64,000 bases of DNA from Candidatus Tayloriibacteriota bacterium (GTDB taxonomy: Bacteria; Patescibacteriota; Minisyncoccia; Phycocordibacterales; PALSA-1337). Shown here piece by piece: positions 29,086-38,169 of this stretch; position 1 is the first letter of the stretch, and every line of letters begins with the position of its first letter. The stretch covers positions 3,020 through 67,019 of the forward strand of contig JANNAN010000017.1 in the NCBI GenBank assembly GCA_031384385.1, read 5' to 3'. The position numbers and the translations under genes were made by a program. The notes under the pieces are model-generated. The model saw only the letters and a list, made by a program, of their open reading frames with translations, was not told the origin of the DNA and searched no databases.

Positions 29086-29414
29086 GGATGTATTTTACCA
29101 AATTTTTCAGAAAGCAAGAAATATTTTTTACATAAATCAGTGCATAAACAGTTAACAACTATACTTTCATTGAGAAGCGGTCGACTTTTGCTTCCCTCAC
29201 TGGACATTGTTCACCCTATCACATATCTGTATGTCGGATGCTTCCCACGGTTGCAATGAGTAACCGTGGGAAGCGCGGGAGCCGTTCGGATATGCGTCTG
29301 GAGCGCCACAGACCTACTAGAAGCGGAAGTGAGCCGCTTCGAGTCACTGTAGCCTGTGATTTGTGATGTGTGATTGCGTTCAAAAATGAAAAGTAAAAGG
29401 AGGTGAGTACCCAT

Positions 29415-29510
29415 CTGGTCCGCAACCGCACCCTCGTTTTTTCACCACGCTTGCCCTATGCCCTCGTCACGCACATTCCCGGAAAAATAAGGATTTATGC
29501 GGGCGGGTGA
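29415..29510 (+). repeat. Inverted, diverged copy of the recombinase C-terminal coding segment
   Basis: 29415-29480 versus the reverse complement of 27655-27720: 50/66 nt; LVRNRTLVFSPRLPYALVTHIP versus LVHNRTLIFSPHFPFAFVTKIP. Confidence 0.8.
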
Positions 29511-29597
29511 TGGGGTTTGATTCTACTAAAGGAAAACGTAAATTATGTGTAAAGGCAGGACTTTTAAAATTGACTAAAACATAGTATTATTACCTGT

Positions 29598-32500
29598 ATG
29601 TTTGAAGGACCTCATATACCTAATGACGAATTGGAGAAAGATAAAGTTGAATCATCTGCATCAGATGCATTAGAGGCTCCTCTAGAAGATTGGAAAAATA
29701 GAGCATATTTTCGTATAAATCTCGGTGTTCATCGAGAAAGGATTGATCGAATAGTGGAACCTCTCAAAGAGACTCATCCGGAGTGGTTCAGATCTTTTAA
29801 AAATAAAACTGGGATGGGTGAGTATTTCTCCCCCGAGCTTGTTTCGATAGTTAGAGAAGAACTTGAAAAATATAAAAAGGCACCGGAAGGCTGGGAAGTC
29901 ATTAGTACTCTAGAGGAGTTAACTGGTAAATCAGGTGGTTTTATAAGTAAGACTATTGAACCATATAGAGAAACTCATCCCGAGTGGTTTAAAGATTATC
30001 TAAGTAAGAGGTCTAAGATTCTTGAACATTACGCACCTGAACTTATAACAATATTAAAAAAAGAATTTCAAAGTTATGAATATGCTCCTGAAGGATGGAA
30101 AACAAGAAATTCTGTGGCAAAGTCACTGAATGCTACAGATTTTATAGTTCAAAAAATTGTTAATCAGTTTGAACAAATTCATCCAGAGTTGGTAAAAGAT
30201 TACATGACAAAATCAGGTGTACTCACGCATTTTTCACCAGAATTAATCCTGATTATTGAAGAAGAACTGCTAAAAGAAGAAAAAGCACCAGAAGGGTGGG
30301 AAGTGATAAGTATGTTAGCTGAATTAACTGACAGAAGTCCTTTATTAATCAGAAGAACCATTGAACCATATAGAGAAACTCATCCCGAGTGGTTTAAGAA
30401 TTATAAGACTAGATCTGGTTTATTTGAACATTTTTCTCCTGAGTTAGTTGCGGTTATTAAAAATGAATTTTTAAAAGAAGAAAAACCACCAGAAGGGTGG
30501 ATGAATAGAAATGAATTGCATGATTCTTTGGGAATCAGTTATAAGAAACTTAATCGAATGGTAGCAACTCAGAAAGAAATTCATCCTGAGTGGTTTAAGT
30601 TCTTTAAGGGCAAGGCATTAGTTACGGAGTATGTATCCCCAGATGCTATTTTATTTTTTAAGGATATCGTAGTAAAAGAAGAGGAACCTCAAAAAGGTTG
30701 GATGAGTCCAGGGGAGTTAGGAGATTATTTGAAAGTTGCTTTTAAAACTATCAAAAAGGTAGCTGTAGAGCATAAAAAAAGTAATCCAGAGTGGTACAAA
30801 CTTTATAAATCAGATAATGCGAATATGACGGAGTACTATTCTCCCGAGTTGGTTATGATCCTGGAGGATAGATTTTTAAAGCCTCCACCACCTCTGGATT
30901 GGAAGACTATAAAATCATTTGCTGTTTCTAGAAATAGTGCCGTTAAGACAATTGAGAAACTTGTAGAATCGTATAGGGAGACAAATCCAGAATGGTTCAA
31001 GAATTATCGAACAAATAATGGTGTACACGAGCATATTTCTCCCGAACTGATTTCAGTAATAGAAAATTATTTTTCTAAGCAAAGCCCCCTTAAAGGATGG
31101 GAGGTTTTACAGTCATTGATTGTTTCCACGGGAAGATCGAATAAATTCATTGAGAAATTAATATTACCTTATAGAGAAACACACCCTGAATGGTTTAAGG
31201 AATTCAGAAGTGAAGATGGCAATTTGCGAAAATATTATTCTCCAGAATTAATTTCAATAATCAAGAATGAACTTTCAAATACTGAGTTTGTTCCAGAAGG
31301 ATGGGTGACTAGGAATTTCTTCTCCAAATCTAAGGGAGTAGATGTTGATATGATCGAGGACATAATAGCGCCGTATAAAGAAAAAAATCCAGAATGGTTT
31401 AGAAAGTTTGTATCAAAAAATGGTGGACAGAAGGTGGAGTATCTTTCACCGGAGCTAGTTTCCATTTTACAAAAAGAATTGGTAGATAATATAGCTCCAG
31501 AAGGTTGGAAGGTCTTGAGAGCCCTAAGATTTTCTATTGGTATTTCAGGATCTCCAATTAAGAAAATAGCCGAACCATATAGAGATTCTAATCCTGAATG
31601 GTTTAAAACTTTCAGAAGCGAAGATGGTAATTTACGCGAATATTTTTCTCCAGAATTAGTCTCGATTATAGAAACTGAACTATTAAAAGAAGGTGAGGCG
31701 CCAGAAGGATGGTTGAGAAATACTACTATAGCCAATTCACTTGAAGTAACAAAAGAAAAAACTAAGAAACTTGCAGATCAAAGTAGGGAAGCACATCCAG
31801 AATGGTTTAAAGATTTTAGGGGGAAAGAAGGTATATTCGAGTACTATTCACCCGAATTAATTTTGATTATTAAGAATTCTATTTTTATAGAAGAAAATGA
31901 GGCGCCTGGTGGCTGGGAGACCAATAAAGGTTTACAAAATAAAACGAATTTTTCTTACTACCTTCTCGAAAAAATTGAAGAACCTTACAGACTTACTCAT
32001 CCAGAATGGTTCAAAAACTTCAGAAGCAAGACAGGTGTGTATGAGCACCTTTCACCAGAACTGGTCTCAATTATTAAAGAAGAGGCTGAAAGACGACAAA
32101 GCTATGAGAGTGAAATTTTGAATAGAGAAAATTTCGATAAAAACCTTGTCGGATTTCTTAAAGGTGTAGACTCCTCAAAAGAAGGTATCGAATTCAAAGA
32201 CCTTATCAGTGTTTTCGGCTCGTCATCTGTTTTAGATATATTGTATGCAACGCACCCAGAATTCAAAGCAGTTCCTGTTGAACGTGTAAAATCTGTTATT
32301 GCTGAATATCTTGGAAATTACTTATTGTCGCCAGGTGCTTTTTCATTAGATTCGGTTAAAAATAATTTGTCATATCTTAAAGAAGAAAATATAAAGAATG
32401 GACTGGTTGAAGTGGTGAAAGATCATTGTCTGACGTATTTTTTAGAATATAAAAAGGCTAACCATGATAAAGATGATCAACAAATATTTACCGAATATTT

Positions 32501-35066
32501 TGCTCAGTTGGAAGATCAAACAAGTAGTTTTAATAATGCTGATCTTGATTCTGTGATCAAAGAGATAACTGAATACTATCAATCTATATTCAATCTAGAA
32601 AAGGGTGAACATCTCATTGAATCGTTAAACTCCGGAAGAAGCTTCCCGGATATTTATCAGAGTATCAATATAAAGGAAATTTCTGATAAGAAAAGATTGT
32701 TGATTGCCGATGAAATGGGTGTAGGTAAGAGTGCTTCAGCAATAATTGCAAAGGAATCTCTCGGCTCAAAATTGGCGCTAGTGGTTGTACCAAGTAATGT
32801 AGTAAATACATGGGAAAAATATCTGTCTGACACAGTCGGAGAAGATGCTAAAAAGATTGGATATTTCAAGAGTGGCGAAGCGCCTCGTGTTTTGGTTGTG
32901 AATGATATAGAAGAACTGAATAATATTGATCAAAATTTATACGATTATATTCTCATTTCTCATGAGAAACTTACTGGAAAATATACTGGAGCACTTGATG
33001 TCTTGGACTACGACATGCTCATTGTCGATGAAGTTCATAAGTTTAAGAATCTCAGTAGTGCAAAACGTCCAGAACAGCTCATTAGATTAGCTGAAAAGAT
33101 ACAAGGTGATGATAAATATCTTGCACTTCTATCGGGTACGCCAGTGCCAAATAAGATTGAGGATGTGGCATTACTCTTGAGACTCCTCCATCCAGATCGT
33201 TTCGAGGACCAAGATAATAAGCAAATTGTATCAAGTGTGCTCAATGGCAACCTTTCTGATATTCGAGCTTTGCTTGTGCCATATATGCAGAGAAAAGATC
33301 TGCGAGATCACATTGAGATGCCAAAACTTGATGAGGAAGTCATACCAGTTACACTTACTGGATCAGAGAAGGATGTATACGAAGTTTTGCTTGAAGAAGA
33401 TGAACTTACTCCAACTGAAAAAATGATTACCTTGCGTCGTTTCCTTATGAACCATGAGACACTGGATATTACACCAAATATACAAAGTAGTAAGGTTGAG
33501 ACCTTGAAAGGAAAGCTCACTGAAACTTTTGAATCAAAAGATAAGGTTGTTTTGTTTGTGAATGATTATGTGAAAGGTGTGATTGAAGGCGATAATTCAA
33601 TATTGTCTAATCTTGAATTACCAGAAGATGTTGAGATTAAGGTTGTCTACGGTGAAGTGTCTCAAGCCGAGAGAGTCTCTATTCAAGAAGAATTTAATAC
33701 TGAAAACGGTAAGAAAATATTATTGGTTGTTAGTGGTCAGACTGCTGGCGTCGGAGTTGATTATACTGGTGGAGAACACATATATTTCTATAATGAACCA
33801 TGGACAAAGGCGGACAGCGATCAACAAAAAGCTCGAGTATATAGACCTGGACTTAAACACGATATCCAATCAGAGACTCTGATTACAAAAGATACAATTG
33901 AGGAAGGTATACATCGATATGTTGAGTTGAAACACCAAGCAGTCAATAAGCTTCTGAATGGTATTCCAATTACAGAATTTGAAAAAGAACTATTGGAGAA
34001 GAGTGAACAATCAGAGGGCAATCTTGAAGTGAATCCAGAACTAGCTAACTATTATTTCTCATCTTTTGATAAGATGAATAGAATTTTTGCAGCGGTTAAA
34101 GAAATGGGTGAAGAAAATTTTTGGGATTTCATTGAGAAGCATGGCGCAGAATATGCTGATTGTTACTTTGAACTTGGTAATAGAAGCTATCAAGCCAATG
34201 CAAGTCGAGTCTGTGCCACATTGATTGATTCAATGATCAAAGCAGAAAAGTCTGATCCAAAAGATCTCAAAATTATCGATATTGCATCTGGTCCCGAGAT
34301 GCTTCGCCGTCACAGTAAAGAAGATGTTCAATCTGCTATTGTCAGTGCGGATATAAACATCAATCATTTCATCAATCGAGGCACGAAGGATGCGGTAGTC
34401 GCTGGCTTTACTGAATTACCATTCCCAGATAATAATTTTGATTATGCTAATTTTTCGCTCGCATTTCATTATAGTAAATTCTTACCAAGTAAAAATGAGT
34501 ATGAACGCGCAGAAGTATTAAAGGAAATTAATCGCGTTCTCAAAGTTGATGGCACAGCTGTTATTAATATGATTTATAGTCTTGATTTCAAGGACGTTGA
34601 TAAGTTTAAAAAGCTTGTTGGTTCTTTTGGTTTTGATGTTGTAGAAGGTTATTCCGGTGAAGTGGAATCTTCGGATAATTATAGATCAAGAGTTATTACA
34701 CTTAGAAAAAATAGTGATATAGAGCAATCAGCAGAAGAAGTGCTGAAAGATATGACCAGAGAAGAAATGGATGGTTTGAAGTTTGTTAGAACGACAGAAG
34801 GCCTCAAGGATTCAAGAAAGATTGTTTCTGATTTCAAACTCAATGGTAAAAGTTTTCATATTGATTTCAATGATTCAGATAAAATAGTCGTAAGAGAGGA
34901 AAAAGGTATTTTGGAGGACGGTAAAAGACTAAAAGATAAATATGGTTCAATCAAGGATATATCAAAGGAGGAGGTTGTGAATAATAATTTTGTCAGATTG
35001 TTGGTAGGGGAAAAGCATATTCTTTTCAAGAAGCTTTCAAAAGGAGGGGTGGTTTTGGTGAGATAG
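29598..35066 (+). CDS. Giant protein: 12 tandem ~67-aa repeats + SNF2-family helicase + class I SAM methyltransferase
   Basis: Repeat consensus APEGW...HPEWFK...SPEL; helicase motifs LIADEMGVGKS, VDEVH, LSGTP, Q..ARVYRPG; methyltransferase motifs IIDIASGP and E.NRVLK..G. Confidence 0.88.
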   Translation: MFEGPHIPNDELEKDKVESSASDALEAPLEDWKNRAYFRINLGVHRERIDRIVEPLKETHPEWFRSFKNKTGMGEYFSPELVSIVREELEKYKKAPEGWEVISTLEELTGKSGGFISKTIEPYRETHPEWFKDYLSKRSKILEHYAPELITILKKEFQSYEYAPEGWKTRNSVAKSLNATDFIVQKIVNQFEQIHPELVKDYMTKSGVLTHFSPELILIIEEELLKEEKAPEGWEVISMLAELTDRSPLLIRRTIEPYRETHPEWFKNYKTRSGLFEHFSPELVAVIKNEFLKEEKPPEGWMNRNELHDSLGISYKKLNRMVATQKEIHPEWFKFFKGKALVTEYVSPDAILFFKDIVVKEEEPQKGWMSPGELGDYLKVAFKTIKKVAVEHKKSNPEWYKLYKSDNANMTEYYSPELVMILEDRFLKPPPPLDWKTIKSFAVSRNSAVKTIEKLVESYRETNPEWFKNYRTNNGVHEHISPELISVIENYFSKQSPLKGWEVLQSLIVSTGRSNKFIEKLILPYRETHPEWFKEFRSEDGNLRKYYSPELISIIKNELSNTEFVPEGWVTRNFFSKSKGVDVDMIEDIIAPYKEKNPEWFRKFVSKNGGQKVEYLSPELVSILQKELVDNIAPEGWKVLRALRFSIGISGSPIKKIAEPYRDSNPEWFKTFRSEDGNLREYFSPELVSIIETELLKEGEAPEGWLRNTTIANSLEVTKEKTKKLADQSREAHPEWFKDFRGKEGIFEYYSPELILIIKNSIFIEENEAPGGWETNKGLQNKTNFSYYLLEKIEEPYRLTHPEWFKNFRSKTGVYEHLSPELVSIIKEEAERRQSYESEILNRENFDKNLVGFLKGVDSSKEGIEFKDLISVFGSSSVLDILYATHPEFKAVPVERVKSVIAEYLGNYLLSPGAFSLDSVKNNLSYLKEENIKNGLVEVVKDHCLTYFLEYKKANHDKDDQQIFTEYFAQLEDQTSSFNNADLDSVIKEITEYYQSIFNLEKGEHLIESLNSGRSFPDIYQSINIKEISDKKRLLIADEMGVGKSASAIIAKESLGSKLALVVVPSNVVNTWEKYLSDTVGEDAKKIGYFKSGEAPRVLVVNDIEELNNIDQNLYDYILISHEKLTGKYTGALDVLDYDMLIVDEVHKFKNLSSAKRPEQLIRLAEKIQGDDKYLALLSGTPVPNKIEDVALLLRLLHPDRFEDQDNKQIVSSVLNGNLSDIRALLVPYMQRKDLRDHIEMPKLDEEVIPVTLTGSEKDVYEVLLEEDELTPTEKMITLRRFLMNHETLDITPNIQSSKVETLKGKLTETFESKDKVVLFVNDYVKGVIEGDNSILSNLELPEDVEIKVVYGEVSQAERVSIQEEFNTENGKKILLVVSGQTAGVGVDYTGGEHIYFYNEPWTKADSDQQKARVYRPGLKHDIQSETLITKDTIEEGIHRYVELKHQAVNKLLNGIPITEFEKELLEKSEQSEGNLEVNPELANYYFSSFDKMNRIFAAVKEMGEENFWDFIEKHGAEYADCYFELGNRSYQANASRVCATLIDSMIKAEKSDPKDLKIIDIASGPEMLRRHSKEDVQSAIVSADININHFINRGTKDAVVAGFTELPFPDNNFDYANFSLAFHYSKFLPSKNEYERAEVLKEINRVLKVDGTAVINMIYSLDFKDVDKFKKLVGSFGFDVVEGYSGEVESSDNYRSRVITLRKNSDIEQSAEEVLKDMTREEMDGLKFVRTTEGLKDSRKIVSDFKLNGKSFHIDFNDSDKIVVREEKGILEDGKRLKDKYGSIKDISKEEVVNNNFVRLLVGEKHILFKKLSKGGVVLVR
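29676..32102 (+). repeat. Intragenic tandem repeat array, 12 units of ~200 bp
   Basis: Counted in the translation; one 38-bp exact DNA repeat at 29955-29992 and 30360-30397. Confidence 0.9.
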
Positions 35067-35108
35067 TAAAATCTTGCTAAAAATGATGATAAGTGAGATT
35101 ATCAGGCT

Positions 35109-35819
35109 ATGAAAAAGTTTGTTAAATTATTACAAAATCATGTTATCCTCGGTGCACTTGTTGCAACTATTTTGTTATTAGTTTTGTATTTATCTTGTAC
35201 AAATTTTAGGATTTACCTTTCAAATCATCAAATTGATCCAAATTTCATCATTGGATTTTTTACTGTGATCGCACTCCTCTTGAGTCTTATTCAGACATCA
35301 AAAGACAAGAGATACGCTTATAATCTACAACTAGTTAAATCTATAGAAGATAAAGGGCTTCTGGTTATTGCAAAGCTGATAAGTATAAAAGGTAGAAGCT
35401 TGGTTTATGTTGGCACTATAAAACAATTAAAATCCGTCTTTGGAACAAATCGGATATATCGGGATACAAATGAAGTTCTTTCTAAAACAGAAATCGAAAA
35501 AGGCATGGAACTTGTTGCGACTTATTTAGACACTTTTTTCCCTGCAATTAAAGAAAAATGGAATGATCTAACCGACAGATTAAGTGAACTTGGTACTATA
35601 AGCACGAATATCATTATTAATTATAATGAAAACTATAATCTGATTGGTACAAAAGGTTTTACAAATATTGCGTTAGATAATATAGATGCAAGTATCAAGA
35701 GAGCGGATGTATTAAATCAAGAAATTGATCAGATTACTCTTGAAATGAGAGATTCGATCGTTGGAAAAATAAATGAGTCGACGGGTGAATTTAAAAATAC
35801 TTTTGACTTTAGTTTCTAA
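35109..35819 (+). CDS. Hypothetical protein, two N-terminal TMs plus a helical domain
   Basis: Hydropathy pattern; island cargo. Confidence 0.7.
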   Translation: MKKFVKLLQNHVILGALVATILLLVLYLSCTNFRIYLSNHQIDPNFIIGFFTVIALLLSLIQTSKDKRYAYNLQLVKSIEDKGLLVIAKLISIKGRSLVYVGTIKQLKSVFGTNRIYRDTNEVLSKTEIEKGMELVATYLDTFFPAIKEKWNDLTDRLSELGTISTNIIINYNENYNLIGTKGFTNIALDNIDASIKRADVLNQEIDQITLEMRDSIVGKINESTGEFKNTFDFSF

Positions 35820-35846
35820 GTAATAATTTTTGACTATAATCAAATT

Positions 35847-36323
35847 ATGAAATCATTTGGTGGAGGAAAAATTACACCATTACAGCTTTTACGGGAGGGA
35901 AAGGTATGGTTAGAAATATGGGAGAATACATCAAAAAAAACAACAAGTCTCCTACCTGCAACTTACTGTCTTTTTACAGCGTTAGAATTATATCTGAAGG
36001 CGTATCTTGTCCTTGAAAATAGTGAATATGCAGACGTTAAAAAATTAAAGAAACTGGGACATAACCGGGCTGAGAAAGCAGACACGGTCATATTTTTAGA
36101 CTTCTCCAGACGAGTTGTATATTGGAGGGTCTTAAAAAGGTACCTGGGAGATTTTAAAAACATCATTGATAACTTTTCAAATACATTGGGAATATTTAAG
36201 TATGTTTGGAAATTTCCACGAATGGAAATACTTTCTACTCTTGAAAAGTACAAGGAAGGTAAACGAATACTCATTTTACATAATCAAACAGAAGTTAGAA
36301 GTCTTCTAAAGCTTTCATCTTAG
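35847..36323 (+). pseudogene. Apparent chimera: HEPN-like N-terminus fused to an adenylate-kinase/FlaR-like C-terminus
   Basis: ALELYLKAYL...LGHN followed directly by RAEKADTVIFLDFSRRVVYWRVLKRY; no P-loop present. Confidence 0.5.
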
Positions 36324-36332
36324 AATCTATAA

Positions 36333-36539
36333 ATGAACATCATGAAAAACCTTTCCATCAACAAAATAATCCTCTCAGACAGAGACGCCTACAAAACCAT
36401 CTACTGCATGAGCCCAGAGTATAAACGAGGAGCAGAAAAAGCCCTGGATGTTGAACACGCATATTACTCGAATGCTTTGGAAGGCTGTAAGATTGACCGA
36501 ATAGAATTTGAAAAGCTGGCAGAAAGCATAGCGGCATAG
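36333..36539 (+). CDS. Small protein with a Fic-inhibitory SxxxEG motif (VbhA-like antitoxin or Fic N-terminal fragment)
   Basis: HAYYSNALEG near the C-terminus. Confidence 0.5.
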   Translation: MNIMKNLSINKIILSDRDAYKTIYCMSPEYKRGAEKALDVEHAYYSNALEGCKIDRIEFEKLAESIAA

Positions 36540-36622
36540 AAAATTTGTTGACTCAAACTATTCTGGTATACTATCAACACTACGGCTTCGGCCCGACTCC
36601 GCCTCAGCGGGGGTAAAAACAA

Positions 36623-37177
36623 ATGGAAAATAAAGAACTTAAAAATATAGCTTTCATAGACGGACAAAACCTGTATATGAATACTGCCAAAAAGGAAAAG
36701 AATTCTTGGCTCATCGACCTTGCCCGTTTTCACGTTTATTTACAGAAGAAATATAATGTCGATAAGGCATACTACCACCTCGGTTACGTGCAGCCTGAGA
36801 ACAATGACCTTTATGAAGAAATTCAAAAGACTGGATTCATCCTACTTTTCCGTTTACACAATCCTGCCATGGTCGGTAAAAAGAAAGGCAATGTAGATTC
36901 GGACATCATCTTCAATGTTATGAAGAGGCTCTACAAAAAGGAGGAATTTGATAAAGTCGTGCTTGTTTCAGGTGATGGAGACTACAAGCTACTGGTTGAT
37001 TTTCTTATTGAAGAAAATAGATTTGAAAAAATACTCTTTCCAGATAGGCAGTACAGATCATCTCTCTACAAAGAACTCACTAACCTATACTTTGCATATT
37101 TGGATGATGAGGATATAAAAAGCAAAATTATCAAAATTAAAGAAGAGGATTCGGATAAAAAGAAAAGGGTGCCTTAG
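36623..37177 (+). CDS. NYN domain protein (LabA/DUF88, PIN-like)
   Basis: AFIDGQNL, KGNVDSD and LVSGDGDY motifs. Confidence 0.9.
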   Translation: MENKELKNIAFIDGQNLYMNTAKKEKNSWLIDLARFHVYLQKKYNVDKAYYHLGYVQPENNDLYEEIQKTGFILLFRLHNPAMVGKKKGNVDSDIIFNVMKRLYKKEEFDKVVLVSGDGDYKLLVDFLIEENRFEKILFPDRQYRSSLYKELTNLYFAYLDDEDIKSKIIKIKEEDSDKKKRVP

Positions 37178-37357
37178 GTAGTTAGCCGTTTGGACCCCTT
37201 TTCGTCTGAATACCTATATCTTAGCATGGAGGTTCTCGAAAAGTCAATCGCCAAAATAACCTTATCACGTCTTCACTATCCTGAACCAATTGAGATCAGA
37301 TATGCTCATAAGTGAGGTTCTAACATCGTCCAAGCCCGGTAGCCAAGTTGAATGTTT

Positions 37358-37386
37358 CAAAACTAGCGTCTGCGGATGCTGTTTTA
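37358..37386. terminator. Intrinsic terminator-like hairpin
   Basis: AAAACTAGCGTC-tgcg-GATGCTGTTTT. Confidence 0.5.
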
Positions 37387-37468
37387 TTCGAAAGCAAAAC
37401 AATTTATAGTTAAAATAATTCTAAGTATATTTTTTAAACTAGTCGGGCACTCCGTACTTTGTCTTCTT

Positions 37469-37492
37469 GTATGTAAAGTCGTCTTTACATAC
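37469..37492. promoter_or_regulatory. Palindromic operator 1 overlapping the -35 of the HTH regulator promoter
   Basis: GTATGTAAAG-tcgt-CTTTACATAC; TTTACA-17-TATAAT. Confidence 0.75.
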
Positions 37493-37520
37493 TGTATTCT
37501 TATATGTATAATCAAAGCTT

Positions 37521-37733
37521 ATGCAAGAGAAAATAAAAAATGATGTAAGTAAATATAGAATAGAGGTAGGTGTGACACAAGAGGATCTTGCATCCAAGGT
37601 CAGTGTGAGTAGGCAGACTATCATTGCCTTGGAGAAGGGAAACTATACACCTTCAATTTTACTAGCTCTTAAAATCGCTGGTTTCTTCAAGATGCCTGTC
37701 GAGAAAATATTTAAAATTTCTTATGAAAAATAA
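37521..37733 (+). CDS. XRE-family HTH transcriptional regulator
   Basis: TQEDLA..V.VSRQTIIALEKG.Y.PS..LA.KIA..F motif. Confidence 0.93.
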   Translation: MQEKIKNDVSKYRIEVGVTQEDLASKVSVSRQTIIALEKGNYTPSILLALKIAGFFKMPVEKIFKISYEK

Positions 37734-38085
37734 TCTAAAAGAATCTATTGTTACTGTTGGCCTTGTCATCACAGCGGTATTACTTTTGAATCCATTTCAT
37801 TTTTGGATGCCGGATATGATGGTGATGAGCATGCTCGCTATAATTCTCGTTCTTTTCGCTATATTTGCAAGTTTTATTCTTAGAGAAAAAACTATTGATG
37901 AAAGAGATACTCAGCATCGAACACTTGCTGGTCGGAATGCTTTTCTGGCAGGATCTGCAGTACTCATCCTTGGTATCCTTGTTCAGGGATATTCACATAA
38001 AGTTGATGAATGGTTGATAGTCGCTCTTATATTCATGATAGTAGCTAAAATAGGTACTCGTATTTGGAGTGACAGAAATCTTTAA
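37723..38085 (+). CDS. Four-TM membrane partner of the XRE regulator
   Basis: DER motif between TMs; overlaps the regulator stop codon. Confidence 0.75.
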   Translation: MKNNLKESIVTVGLVITAVLLLNPFHFWMPDMMVMSMLAIILVLFAIFASFILREKTIDERDTQHRTLAGRNAFLAGSAVLILGILVQGYSHKVDEWLIVALIFMIVAKIGTRIWSDRNL

Positions 38086-38091
38086 AATCTG

Positions 38092-38111
38092 ATGTAAAGT
38101 ATACTTTACAT
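38092..38111. promoter_or_regulatory. Palindromic operator 2 upstream of the thioredoxin/DipZ genes
   Basis: Perfect palindrome ATGTAAAGTATACTTTACAT; TTTACA-16-TATAAT. Confidence 0.75.
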
Positions 38112-38169
38112 TTATTTTGTTTCATATATAATAGTATGTATATAAGTAATTAATAAATAACAATATTTT

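Larger units (their letters stand above)
27532..37390. mobile_element. Genomic island at tRNA-Gln (right boundary uncertain)
   Basis: Recombinase next to a tRNA, higher GC than the flanks, and defence-like or fragmentary cargo. Confidence 0.6.

Noticed and set aside
29676-32102. Regularly spaced DNA repeats as a possible CRISPR array or DGR
   Set aside because: The repeats are degenerate, in-frame ~200-bp protein repeats. No cas or reverse transcriptase gene is present, and I saw no adenine-specific variation.
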